A stretch of DNA of 64,000 nucleotides from a virus (Duplodnaviria; Caudoviricetes). Shown in pieces: positions 53,893 to 62,812 of the stretch. The stretch spans positions 7,078 to 71,077 of IMG/VR virus record IMGVR_UViG_3300033066_002303; one strand, given 5' to 3'. The first letter of the stretch is position 1, and every line of letters starts with the position of its first letter. The notes under the pieces were generated by a model, which searched no databases, had not been told where the DNA came from, and saw nothing but the letters and a program-made list of their open reading frames with translations. A program made the position numbers and the translations under genes.

Positions 53893-54578
53893 CGGTAGTC
53901 CTATGCGTTACCGTATTGAACCGCTGGGAGCAGTTTCGGCAGTTCCTGGCGTCAATTGCGCAGCTTGAACCCGCAGATCAGTTTGAGCTGCGGGTTTCTG
54001 ATTGGGGCTCTACAGACGTGGATCTGGCCGCTATGCTGGCCTCCACGCGCTACCGGCGCAGCATCGGCCGGATCTCCGGACAACCGTCGGGAACATTCAA
54101 TCGCTCGTTTGGGCTGAACGTACTGGCCCGCAACAGGTTGACCCCGGACCAGATTGTCTGTTTTCTTGATGCGGACATCTGGGTGCCGCCAAACTTCCTG
54201 CAGCAGCTGCAGCTCCGGGTTACGCCCGGGACCTGCTGGTTTCCTGTCTGTTACTCGTTGTACGCAGGACGGCCCCGGGAAGTTTGGGATGACGAGCCAC
54301 CACTGGCCCCGTTGCATCAGTACACGCCGCAGCGCGCTAACGGCTGGTGGCGGGAGGCTGGCAAGGGGTTATGCGCTTTTACTGCTGCCGACTGGCAGCA
54401 GCTGGGTGGCTGGGACGAGCAGATCGGAGCGACGTATGGTGAAGAGGACGGTGACTTGTTTCGCCGTGCGGAAGCCCTGGGGCTGACCGTGTTGCGAAAT
54501 CGCTGTCAGGGCCTGTTTCATGTGTGGCATGCGCCATCAGACGAATACCGTAAACGATATGAAGGGATACAGTCGTGA
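53889..54578 (+). CDS. GT2/GT7-like glycosyltransferase
   Basis: VSDWGSTD, CFLDADI, GGWDEQIGATYGEEDGDLFRR. Confidence 0.85.
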   Translation: MTVVLCVTVLNRWEQFRQFLASIAQLEPADQFELRVSDWGSTDVDLAAMLASTRYRRSIGRISGQPSGTFNRSFGLNVLARNRLTPDQIVCFLDADIWVPPNFLQQLQLRVTPGTCWFPVCYSLYAGRPREVWDDEPPLAPLHQYTPQRANGWWREAGKGLCAFTAADWQQLGGWDEQIGATYGEEDGDLFRRAEALGLTVLRNRCQGLFHVWHAPSDEYRKRYEGIQS

Positions 54579-54904
54579 GTGCCAATACCGCGTCAGCGTA
54601 TACACAGACAGAGGCGTTATCAGGGGCGACAGCGCATGCTTGTCGCCAGGCGGCCGGCGCACAAGATGCGATAAACTTGCGAGCAGTTGTGCGCAGTTTT
54701 GACAGGCAGCTGGATGCGCTGTATGCACAGGATATCTGTGGCGACCAGCTGACCAGTCATCCGGTTGTGTTGGCGTTTGTCAGTAAGCTGGCCAGCTTGA
54801 CTCGTCTGAATGTCGGGTCTCGGGAAACGGACGCGTTGCTGGCAGTCATGTCCGTGGCTGACAACAGTGTGACCGTGTTGAAGTATGAAGTGATTCCGCT
54901 GTAA
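54575..54904 (+). CDS. Hypothetical protein
   Basis: GTGA overlap. Confidence 0.55.
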   Translation: MSANTASAYTQTEALSGATAHACRQAAGAQDAINLRAVVRSFDRQLDALYAQDICGDQLTSHPVVLAFVSKLASLTRLNVGSRETDALLAVMSVADNSVTVLKYEVIPL

Positions 54905-54967
54905 CTGTGTTAGGTGTCGTAGTTTCCGGTGTCGATGTTCCTGGTTAACTTTGTGGAGAGATCTCGT

Positions 54968-55570
54968 ATGAGTAATGTTGCGCAAGCAAATGACGTGGCC
55001 CTGCAGAACATCGCGAAAATGTTCGGCCGCGCCGGCAATATTCCCAAGATGCCCGGAATGATGCCCGGAATGCACGGTATGCCCAGCATGCCGCCTGGCA
55101 TGTTTGGTGCGATGTCTGGTGGCATGCCCGAGATGCCGCCGTTGCCCGAGCAGCCTGTGGCGGGCGTGCCCGTGATGCTGTCGGCCGAGGCGGTGACGGA
55201 ACTGCTGGAAGACATCAAGAGCGTGGCGCCGGCGCTCTCTACCCGGTTGCCGCGGCTGTTCGCAGCGGAGACGGAGCTTGCCGAGCTCGTGCTGGCGACG
55301 ACGCAGGTGCTGGCGCAGGTCAGCATGATGCTGCAGTGTCTGCAGGCAGCGGCGAATGCTGCCCAGCAGCATGAGTCGATTGGGCAGTTGGAGGCGCTGA
55401 TGAACGCGCGGTCACGTATGTTGGCCAGCCTGCCGCGCCGGGAGCAGGCCAAGGCGCCGGAAGCGGCTGAAGGGTGCTGTGGTGGCGGGTGCCACGAAGA
55501 GCAGGATGCGGTTGCGTCGGCTGCTGCTGCCGTGAACCACGGTGAGTTTTGGGGGTCTGAGCAGGGATAG
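54968..55570 (+). CDS. Hypothetical protein with Met/Pro/Gly-rich segment
   Basis: SD GGAGAG; MPGMMPGMHGMPSMPPGM. Confidence 0.65.
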   Translation: MSNVAQANDVALQNIAKMFGRAGNIPKMPGMMPGMHGMPSMPPGMFGAMSGGMPEMPPLPEQPVAGVPVMLSAEAVTELLEDIKSVAPALSTRLPRLFAAETELAELVLATTQVLAQVSMMLQCLQAAANAAQQHESIGQLEALMNARSRMLASLPRREQAKAPEAAEGCCGGGCHEEQDAVASAAAAVNHGEFWGSEQG

Positions 55571-55711
55571 CGCAAACTGCGCAAAATATCTGCGACGTAG
55601 CTTCTACAAGTTGTGTCGGTTACTTGTCCCGACAGTCTCGCGCGACTGCGGCGCGTTATGAAGGAGGTAAACGTTGACATGCTGAAAAGACAATGCAGCA
55701 GGTCTTGCGTG

Positions 55712-55740
55712 TTGACATTCACAAACTGCTGCGATAGAAC
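55712..55740 (+). promoter_or_regulatory. sigma70-like promoter TTGACA-N17-TAGAAC
   Basis: Perfect -35, 17-nt spacer, 4/6 -10; followed by a 7-bp hairpin (55742-55766) and SD AAGGA. Confidence 0.65.
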
Positions 55741-55785
55741 TGGGGGTGCTTGAGTTTCACACCCCCGTTTTAAGAAGGATCGAAA

Positions 55786-56364
55786 ATGAGCAACGCAAGC
55801 AATGTCGCCACCGTCGAAGAGACCACCAACGTCGCCATCGAAACCACCAAGCGTATCGAGCGCGAAGCGGTCAAGACGATGGATCGTACGACGCGGAATG
55901 CTCTGCGGATGAAGGCCGGGCAGTACGTCCGTCAGGGTGACGTGTACATCACCAAGCTGTCGGACAAGCCGGAGTTCGACCAGGGGCTGGTTGACGCGTT
56001 TTTGGCCAAGTGCGCGAAGCGTGAGTACTTCAGCACCGCCACGAACGTCAAGTTCAAGGAAGCCCAGTACACCGCGGAGACGGCGAAGCGGCTGAAGCTC
56101 GCCCCGGGCGAAAACCAGGGGTCTCGGCACGAGGTGCCGAATCCGGCGGCGTCTGGCGTCAAGATCTGGTCGCCGGTTGATCGGACGACCTGCGAGCTGG
56201 TCGGCGACGTGCTGGTCATCGATCGCGATTCGGTCGAAGCTGCCGTGGACAACCCGGTGGCTGTCGAGCACCCGGAGCATGCTGACTGCATCTTCGGCGG
56301 TGGTCTGTACATCACGACCTACCAGGCCGACGCGCTGCGTCCGGCCCAGCGCGTCCGCGACTAG
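55786..56364 (+). CDS. Conserved phage protein (RQGDV / HPEH family, usual DUF6745 partner)
   Basis: YVRQGDVY, GENQGSRHEV, VEHPEHADC..GGGLY..TYQ. Confidence 0.75.
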   Translation: MSNASNVATVEETTNVAIETTKRIEREAVKTMDRTTRNALRMKAGQYVRQGDVYITKLSDKPEFDQGLVDAFLAKCAKREYFSTATNVKFKEAQYTAETAKRLKLAPGENQGSRHEVPNPAASGVKIWSPVDRTTCELVGDVLVIDRDSVEAAVDNPVAVEHPEHADCIFGGGLYITTYQADALRPAQRVRD

Positions 56365-56394
56365 GCATTTGCCGATAGTCTGCTGATGGTTGTT

Positions 56395-56435
56395 AACAGC
56401 CAGGTTACTTCACAGTAACCTGGCTGTTGTTGTTT
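56395..56435 (+). terminator. Intrinsic terminator-like hairpin (14-bp stem)
   Basis: AACAGCCAGGTTAC-ttcaca-GTAACCTGGCTGTT followed by GTTGTTT. Confidence 0.65.
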
Positions 56436-56447
56436 GATGCGCCAGTT

Positions 56448-56485
56448 GTATTACAGGGGCGGTGTCACAGCCGCCCCTGTAATAC
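56448..56485. other. Second hairpin (15-bp perfect stem)
   Basis: GTATTACAGGGGCGG-tgtcacag-CCGCCCCTGTAATAC. Confidence 0.85.
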
Positions 56486-56521
56486 CCATGTTGTTTCTGT
56501 CTTCTTGTTAAGGAGCTGTCT

Positions 56522-57790
56522 ATGTCTCTGTATCGACCGAAGTGGTTGACTCTGCCCGATATCAAGCTGCCGCCGAAGCCCGACAAGCCGGTTACCAAGG
56601 TCGAAGGACTGACGCCGGAACAGGAAGCCTGTGTGCCTGCCTGGAAAGAGTGGTGGACTGCGGTCAGCCTGACAACCCAGCCCGGTGACTTTGTTGTCGC
56701 GGAGCAGGGCGTGCGTGGCTGCTACACCACGGCGAAGCTGCCTCAGCCGATCGTGATCCTGCGGTGCGGATCTCCCCTGGCGATCGTGCTGGGTGGTCCG
56801 CTCGGTGAATTCATGATCGTCGAGTACGATCGGTTGCAGGAAGCCGGGCGTGCTGAGTATGTGAGTGTGCGGGCAGCTTGGCGTGAAGCCCTGCTGGCGG
56901 CAGCCGAGAAAAGCAAAGGCAAGTTCAAGCTGGATCTGCCCACGCTGCTGAAAGCGTTCCCGACCAGTGCCAGCAAGCTGAGCAGTACGACGGTCAAGGC
57001 GGGGCTGACCGCAGCCCAGACCGAGTATCGTGCGCCGTTCGATCTGCTGCTGTCGCTCGCTACGGCGCTGCTGCGGAGCGACGGTACTCCGGAGTTGAGT
57101 GAAGCCGCGTTCAGTGAATGGGTGGAGCACCTGACGATTGACACGGCGGAGCACCAGGCGCGTATCGCTGCTGTTACGGCGGCGCTGCAGGCCGCGAGCG
57201 ACACGGCCGATGTGGATGCCGAGCAGATGTCGTATCTGGACGAGTATCTGGCGAAGGATACGAGCGCCTTCGTGGCCGCTGTGACCGGACAGCTGCGGGC
57301 CGTGCTGTACGAAGATGACAAGGCGGCTGTGCGTGCGGCGATCGTGGCCGGCACGCTGACGCCGGAAGAGTTGCCCGTGACGCTGCCGCAACCGGAGCAC
57401 CCGCTGATCTGGGATGGCCTCACGCATCTCGAAAGTCGGGCGAATGCGACCGTGACGCGCGAAGGGATTTCGATTTCCGTGTCGCGTGGCGTGGTGCGCG
57501 ACCATGCGATCTGGCCGCAGTACGACGAGGCCATCTCGCTGGAAGAGGCGGAGCTCTGGGAGGCGCGTAACAAGCACGAAGCGGCCGTGGAAGAGAAGCT
57601 GACGGCCAAGAAAGCACCCGCGCTGCCGACCTGGGCCGAGAACTGGCTGCGCCAAGCCATGTTCGAGAAGCAGTGGGCGAAGCGGGATGTGCCGGCGAAG
57701 TTGACGAAGGACATGCCGCTGGACTGGCGCAAAATGCGTTTTGTCCGGCGCACGGACTTGTCTCGCGCGACGAGCTGGGTGAAAAGCTAG
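56522..57790 (+). CDS. Protein with the N-terminal signature of DUF6745-associated proteins
   Basis: LTPEQEACVPAWKEWW...AEQGVRGCY..AKLPQPIVILRCGSPL. Confidence 0.7.
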   Translation: MSLYRPKWLTLPDIKLPPKPDKPVTKVEGLTPEQEACVPAWKEWWTAVSLTTQPGDFVVAEQGVRGCYTTAKLPQPIVILRCGSPLAIVLGGPLGEFMIVEYDRLQEAGRAEYVSVRAAWREALLAAAEKSKGKFKLDLPTLLKAFPTSASKLSSTTVKAGLTAAQTEYRAPFDLLLSLATALLRSDGTPELSEAAFSEWVEHLTIDTAEHQARIAAVTAALQAASDTADVDAEQMSYLDEYLAKDTSAFVAAVTGQLRAVLYEDDKAAVRAAIVAGTLTPEELPVTLPQPEHPLIWDGLTHLESRANATVTREGISISVSRGVVRDHAIWPQYDEAISLEEAELWEARNKHEAAVEEKLTAKKAPALPTWAENWLRQAMFEKQWAKRDVPAKLTKDMPLDWRKMRFVRRTDLSRATSWVKS

Positions 57791-57834
57791 CCGCACAGAG
57801 CTGGCTGTTGAGCCTGTAACTGTCACACTCCAAC

Positions 57835-57860
57835 ACTGGGCCGGCGCAAGCCGGCCCAGT
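57835..57860 (+). terminator. Hairpin with GCAA tetraloop (11-bp stem)
   Basis: ACTGGGCCGGC-gcaa-GCCGGCCCAGT followed by T-rich sequence. Confidence 0.6.
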
Positions 57861-57908
57861 TCGTTGGGTGTGTTTATTGTTTCAATACCCGCGTACACCG
57901 AGGGGCAT

Positions 57909-58424
57909 ATGGCAAAAATTGATCGTATTGCGCCGGCCGTGTCGTACGAAGAGTTGCGTGAACGGCGCTCGCGACGCTTGTCGCGTATCATCGGCTGCTG
58001 GTTGCTGTCAAAAGCCACACGACGCAAACTGGCAGCGCCGGTGGCCAGTGTCCGCGTGGTGAAGCGCGGACGTAAAGAAGTGCAGGTTCCGTACAACATC
58101 TACCCGGACCTGGCGAGCAGGTCCTGTCCGCGCCGCACCAGCCCGTTGCCGCGACAGCAGCACGTGCGGCGGATGATCAGCCGCTTTGCGGCCCATACGC
58201 AGCGGGACTGGATGAATGGGCAATTGCCCGTGTGTGGGCTGTTCGTGATGGTGGGCAAGGCGGAGCAATTGCCGAAAGCCCACAAGTACAGGGCAACTGT
58301 GGCGCGGATCTTGTGGCGCCGACGGCAGCAGTGGCTGACGGCCCAGCGCATCGATGGGCTGGGCTTTGTGTCGGTTGTCCCGCTTGAAAATCTGCCACTC
58401 GTGGCTTTATCGGAAAGCGCCTAA
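57909..58424 (+). CDS. Basic hypothetical protein
   Basis: SD GAGGGG; Arg-rich. Confidence 0.55.
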   Translation: MAKIDRIAPAVSYEELRERRSRRLSRIIGCWLLSKATRRKLAAPVASVRVVKRGRKEVQVPYNIYPDLASRSCPRRTSPLPRQQHVRRMISRFAAHTQRDWMNGQLPVCGLFVMVGKAEQLPKAHKYRATVARILWRRRQQWLTAQRIDGLGFVSVVPLENLPLVALSESA

Positions 58425-59897
58425 ATGGATTCTTGGCTTAACTACGCTGGCCTGGCCGCACTCGGTACAGCGCTGTTTTCGTTTCGGTCTGCTGTGCTGG
58501 GGTTCTGGCAGCAGGCTGCCGGGCTGGTATTAGTCCGGGTGACGCTACCAGCGTCGCAGCGGGTAACCGTGTGCAACTGGTTGCGGCGTAACGGGCGGTT
58601 GCTGTCGACTGCCTCACAGTACGCGTATACGACAGAAGTCTGTGCTGTAGATGCGGTTAAGATGGCAGCGGACGAACCGGAGCGGGCGAGCTGGCTGCGC
58701 AATAGCCCGGCGTATGCTGCGCGGGTACCACAACGATTACCGCCCCGGCGGGCTGTCTGGCTGCTGTACGGCTGGGTGCCGATCTGGTCTAGCAGTGACG
58801 GTAACACCGGGGGCGGCGAGGGCGGACCCATATCCAGCGGGTCTAATGACATGTCGGGGATCGTCCTGACGTTTATTCGTGGTACGCTGTGCCCGCACTG
58901 GCTGGCAGACGTGCTGACGCAGTACGAAGAGCGTTTGGTCTGCCAGTCGCGGGTATCGCAGTTTCGCGTAATTCGCATTTCTGGCCTGTTGCCGGCAGTC
59001 GGGGCCGTTGGCGGTAAGGTCGCGCACAACGATTATTCTCGTTCGCCAGCGCCGGTTGGAGTCAATGACGGCAAGTTGTATCACGTGCAGACAACGCATC
59101 ACAGCACGGCCGGCCTGCATCGGGATTTATTTTACTATGACGACGGGTATATTCCGACAGCGCGGCGCTATGAGCACGCCAGTTCTCTGCCGGCCGGGCA
59201 GCGTCTGGATGATCTAGACCTGCCGCCAGCCGCGGCGCTGTTTACAAAACGGTTGCGGTTCTGGCTGGCTGGTCGCGGCTGGTACGTAGAGCGCGGGGTA
59301 CCCTGGAAACTGGGGGCGGGCTTTGTGGGGCCGCCAGGCACAGGCAAGACAGCCACAATTCGTGCGCTGGGCGCGGCTCTGGGGCTGCCGGTGTTACTAT
59401 TTGATCTCCCCACGCTTAATAACACCGCATTGACAGATGCGTGGTCAAAAGAGGTTTGTCAGCACGCGCCGGCGATTGTGGTGCTGGAAGACATTGATCG
59501 GGCGTTTACACACGATTCTGCCGAGCGCGGGAGTGTGACGCTGGATTGCCTGTTGAACCTGATCGATGGCGTGGCTGTGGCTGACGGGGTCGTGACAATC
59601 CTGACGGCCAACCACCCCGAGCGGCTGTCTTCTACGCTGTTTACGCAAAAGCCAGACGGGTCGTACACACTCCGTCCCGGGCGCGTCGATTACGTGGTGG
59701 AATTCGGCCCGCTATCCGCGGCTGGTCGACAAAAGATCGCAACGCGGATCCTGGCCGGGCACCCTGAAGAGATTCAGGCGTTGGCGCAGGCTGGTGAAAA
59801 CGACACGGGTGCAGCGTTTCAGCTGCGCTGTATGGAAGCGGCGCAGCAGTTGTATTGGCGCGATTATAAGGAGGATGCTCACGGAACCGACAATTGA
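58425..59897 (+). CDS. BCS1-like membrane-anchored AAA+ ATPase
   Basis: N-terminal TM; RGVPWKLG.GFVGPPGTGKT, VVLEDID, VTLDCLLNLIDG, LTANHPERL, RPGRVD. Confidence 0.88.
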   Translation: MDSWLNYAGLAALGTALFSFRSAVLGFWQQAAGLVLVRVTLPASQRVTVCNWLRRNGRLLSTASQYAYTTEVCAVDAVKMAADEPERASWLRNSPAYAARVPQRLPPRRAVWLLYGWVPIWSSSDGNTGGGEGGPISSGSNDMSGIVLTFIRGTLCPHWLADVLTQYEERLVCQSRVSQFRVIRISGLLPAVGAVGGKVAHNDYSRSPAPVGVNDGKLYHVQTTHHSTAGLHRDLFYYDDGYIPTARRYEHASSLPAGQRLDDLDLPPAAALFTKRLRFWLAGRGWYVERGVPWKLGAGFVGPPGTGKTATIRALGAALGLPVLLFDLPTLNNTALTDAWSKEVCQHAPAIVVLEDIDRAFTHDSAERGSVTLDCLLNLIDGVAVADGVVTILTANHPERLSSTLFTQKPDGSYTLRPGRVDYVVEFGPLSAAGRQKIATRILAGHPEEIQALAQAGENDTGAAFQLRCMEAAQQLYWRDYKEDAHGTDN

Positions 59898-60081
59898 AGA
59901 ACGCGTCGAGGCGGCTGAAGCGGCGTTGCATGCGTACGAGGTGGCAAAACCAACAGATCCTGACAGCCTGTTGGTAGACCTGCTTACCGATTTGATGCAC
60001 TGGGCACACGCGCGCGGCCGCGCATTTGACAACGCGGTACGCGTAGCTCAAAACCATTATGCGGCCGAACAGCACAATTAA
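59875..60081 (+). CDS. Small conserved phage protein
   Basis: LVDLLTDLMHWA...F...A..HY..E motif. Confidence 0.7.
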   Translation: MLTEPTIEERVEAAEAALHAYEVAKPTDPDSLLVDLLTDLMHWAHARGRAFDNAVRVAQNHYAAEQHN

Positions 60082-60094
60082 GTGCCGCGTGCTT

Positions 60095-60121
60095 GCAGGC
60101 GTTACGCCTGCTTATTATTTT
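60095..60121 (+). terminator. Intrinsic terminator candidate
   Basis: GCAGGCG-tta-CGCCTGC followed by TTATTATTTT. Confidence 0.55.
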
Positions 60122-60192
60122 GCAGGTCAAGCACGCCCAGTGTTGTGCGTGCTTCGAATGGTTCGTAGGGCCTTACACAAGGTAAGACGGTC

Positions 60193-61149
60193 ATGAGTGA
60201 AACGTCAGGTAACGGCGTTACTGCCGGCAGCACAGTCGCGCAGGCGCTTGTTGCGCTGGTGCAGCAACAAGTGGGTGGCCAGTTAAACGAGCTGGCAAAA
60301 TTGCTGACGGAGCGGGAAACGCTGACCCAGCGGTTGGCAGAGGTGAACACGGCGATTGCCGACGCTGCGGCAGCCGCCAACAGTGTTTTGCCGGGCATTG
60401 GTGACATGATGACGGCACCCGCGGCTGGTTTCCGTGTGCCGACGGTGGCTGTTGCGCCAGCGCCCCCCAGCGCGTTACAGCGCGAGCGCATGCCCGCAGG
60501 TCGCCGGCGGGCGCGGCGGAATCGGACGAATTACGAGGTGGCCAATGCGCCGACTGACCAGATTTACTGGGAAGACGAGCCGGCTATGCGCTATCCGCTG
60601 TTCCTCGAACTGTTCACGCGTACGGCGACAGTTACGGCCGGTTTTACGGTCGATGAGCTTGTGGCACAACTGGCGGCCGATGGTGTACGGCACGCGCAAA
60701 CGCGACAACCGCTGACGGCTGCGCAGGTCCAGTCGACGCTGGCCGCGGGCACCGGGCTGTTTGCGCAGATCGAAAAGCGCTGGCACACGTCCGCCAAGGT
60801 GCTCCGCGCGGCATTGCTGCCTGCCGCCTGGCGGCCAATCTACGACAGGCACCGCAGGGAGGTTACGCGGCGCATGAATTATGGACGGAGTGCCGGTGAC
60901 AAGACGCTGCCGCAGTTGCAGCTGTTGGAGGCTATCCGTGAGTACGTGTTGACGTCACCTACGCCGCCAACAACAAGCGAAATCGAAGCCGCTGTGCGCG
61001 CGGCCGGGCACAAGTTCCGCGCCATGCTGCCCTGGCAGGTGATTTCAGCCGCGTTGCGCTGGTCGCACCAGCGGGTGGTTTACAACAAGCGCGATCAGCG
61101 CTGGTATGTCAAAGACGAGCAGCCGCAACTTGCGGCGAGTGGCGTTTAG
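60193..61149 (+). CDS. Coiled-coil plus two winged-HTH-like domains (putative DNA-binding protein)
   Basis: FTVDELVAQLAADG...VQSTL..G.GLFAQIEKRW and LLEAIREYV...TTSEIEAAV...VISAAL...KRDQRW. Confidence 0.55.
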   Translation: MSETSGNGVTAGSTVAQALVALVQQQVGGQLNELAKLLTERETLTQRLAEVNTAIADAAAAANSVLPGIGDMMTAPAAGFRVPTVAVAPAPPSALQRERMPAGRRRARRNRTNYEVANAPTDQIYWEDEPAMRYPLFLELFTRTATVTAGFTVDELVAQLAADGVRHAQTRQPLTAAQVQSTLAAGTGLFAQIEKRWHTSAKVLRAALLPAAWRPIYDRHRREVTRRMNYGRSAGDKTLPQLQLLEAIREYVLTSPTPPTTSEIEAAVRAAGHKFRAMLPWQVISAALRWSHQRVVYNKRDQRWYVKDEQPQLAASGV

Positions 61150-61933
61150 GCGGGTCCCGGAGACCTGCCCGATTGTGCGCGGTATCCTGGACGAGGCGCA
61201 GCACGAATTGTGCTGTCAGTTAAATGTCCCCGCGTGGGACGTGGTAACTGTGGATACCGTGCTCAGTCGTGCTTTTTGTCAGCTGCGCGATCGCGTCACG
61301 GAGATGTGGCGGCGCGAGCAATTGACGCTGTTAGCCGTAGTGCAGCGGCAACTCATCAAGCAGCGACGGGCGCGTCGCAGTATTTTAAGGAGATCTGCTG
61401 TGGTGCAAACAATGCCACCGACACCGCTGTCGTGCATTTTGGAGGAGCGTGCTAGGCAGAAGGCGCGGGGGTACACCAGCGAGCACGACCAGCAACACAC
61501 TGACGGTTCGCTGCTGCGCGCCGCAACCGGGTTACTGGAAGCTGTGCTCGGTCAGTCACCGCCTGCGGTGTGTGATCGGCCAGACTGGGTGCCGGGGTTC
61601 GTGGAACACGCTACCACGAAGTATCGCGACAACGAAAACCAGCAGCTGGTGATTGCGGCAGCGTTGTTGCTGGCAGAGTTGGAGCGCCGCCACCTGGCCA
61701 CAGCGACAGAACCGCAGGTTGAACAGCCTGCGCAGCCCGCGGTGGAGTATTTCTGGCCTACTGAGCCGGGCTGGTACGAGTTTCACCGATCGTCCGGCGA
61801 AACAGCCATGTTCGAACTGGACGCTGGGGCTAGCCCGCCGTATTACCGTAAGCAGGGTGAGCGGCCGTGGCATTTCGCAGCGTCATTGCGTGGTGACGGG
61901 TGGCTGGGCGCTGTGCAGCAGCCGCCAACCTGA
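61106..61933 (+). CDS. Multi-domain hypothetical protein containing a conserved phage domain
   Basis: EERARQKARGYTSEHDQQH...QLVIAAALLLAELERR is a recurrent phage motif; start may be GTG 61139. Confidence 0.65.
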   Translation: MSKTSSRNLRRVAFRRVPETCPIVRGILDEAQHELCCQLNVPAWDVVTVDTVLSRAFCQLRDRVTEMWRREQLTLLAVVQRQLIKQRRARRSILRRSAVVQTMPPTPLSCILEERARQKARGYTSEHDQQHTDGSLLRAATGLLEAVLGQSPPAVCDRPDWVPGFVEHATTKYRDNENQQLVIAAALLLAELERRHLATATEPQVEQPAQPAVEYFWPTEPGWYEFHRSSGETAMFELDAGASPPYYRKQGERPWHFAASLRGDGWLGAVQQPPT

Positions 61934-61975
61934 TCTGTGTGTTTCAGCCCGTGTATGTCATGACAGGACAGGCTT

Positions 61976-62311
61976 ATGAGTACTCCGCAAGAGGTGATTC
62001 CGCAACTGGTGGCCGCGGCAGTTACCGAACTGCTGCAACAGGATCCGCATACGCTGACGCGGTTGTTCGAATACCGCACGCAGTGTTTGCGTAAAACGGC
62101 AGACCACCCTTACGCCACGGTCTCCGGCACAGCCCTGTGCCCCACGTTGGGGCTGTTGGGCGTTATTCAGGCAATTACCGGAAAGCTGTGTGAGGCTTTC
62201 CAGCAACCATACCAACAAGTTGTGCTGGAGTACGACGGCGACCGGCCGAACGCGCCTGTCGTGAAGTACTTGCGGGCAACGACTCGTGATCCACAGGCCA
62301 AGAGCTCATGA
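61976..62311 (+). CDS. Hypothetical protein
   Basis: In-operon ORF. Confidence 0.6.
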   Translation: MSTPQEVIPQLVAAAVTELLQQDPHTLTRLFEYRTQCLRKTADHPYATVSGTALCPTLGLLGVIQAITGKLCEAFQQPYQQVVLEYDGDRPNAPVVKYLRATTRDPQAKSS

Positions 62312-62799
62312 ACGAGGCAACAGCGCGATCGCTGACAGGTTGGCTGACGACATTGCCGGCGGTGGTGTCTGCTGCGGCGATTACGGCCGAGTGCGATGCC
62401 GAGCTGCGTCGCGTGATCCTGTACGGCGCCCGGTATACGACGCGTAACAGCTATACGGCAAGCATGACGGCTGTAACGCGGGGCCAGGTGGTTGCCGGGA
62501 CAACGTACGATGAAACGCAATATATCTTTCTGGGACAGCGCCCGTTTGTAAAACGCAGCAAGCAGGAACAGTCAGCCGTATTTCGTATCGGTGATGACGC
62601 GGCTGACTGGTACACCGCGTTTTACATGGACACTGTTCCTCCCGAGTTTGCCAAGTACCATCCGTACGGACCTACCTGGGGCCTGTGTCGCTGGGACCAT
62701 GAAAAACTCGGCTGCTATATCGATGATGACGAGCTAGCTGCGGGAAAACGCAAAACACGGCGCGAGCGTATCCCCTTGCGTGTACTGCAGTACGCGTAG
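62308..62799 (+). CDS. Hypothetical protein
   Basis: ATGA overlap. Confidence 0.6.
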   Translation: MNEATARSLTGWLTTLPAVVSAAAITAECDAELRRVILYGARYTTRNSYTASMTAVTRGQVVAGTTYDETQYIFLGQRPFVKRSKQEQSAVFRIGDDAADWYTAFYMDTVPPEFAKYHPYGPTWGLCRWDHEKLGCYIDDDELAAGKRKTRRERIPLRVLQYA

Positions 62800-62812
62800 A
62801 AAGCGAGTGCGC

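Noticed and set aside
4807-54578. Bacterial chromosomal LPS locus or prophage-flanking host DNA
   Set aside because: The sugar genes are interleaved and translationally coupled with phage-type genes (portal-like, T4-like replication set), and no host housekeeping genes are present.
12503-58099. Long minus-strand ORFs (e.g. 12503-14029, 20788-22335, 37709-39007, 54910-56280, 56465-58099)
   Set aside because: Antisense shadows of well-supported + strand genes; GC-rich codon bias suppresses stops on the opposite strand; no motifs recognised.
60082-60192. tRNA-like appearance (several short stems, GTTCG)
   Set aside because: No cloverleaf with proper acceptor stem and T-loop spacing; better read as terminator plus leader hairpins. 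No tRNA or rRNA was seen elsewhere.
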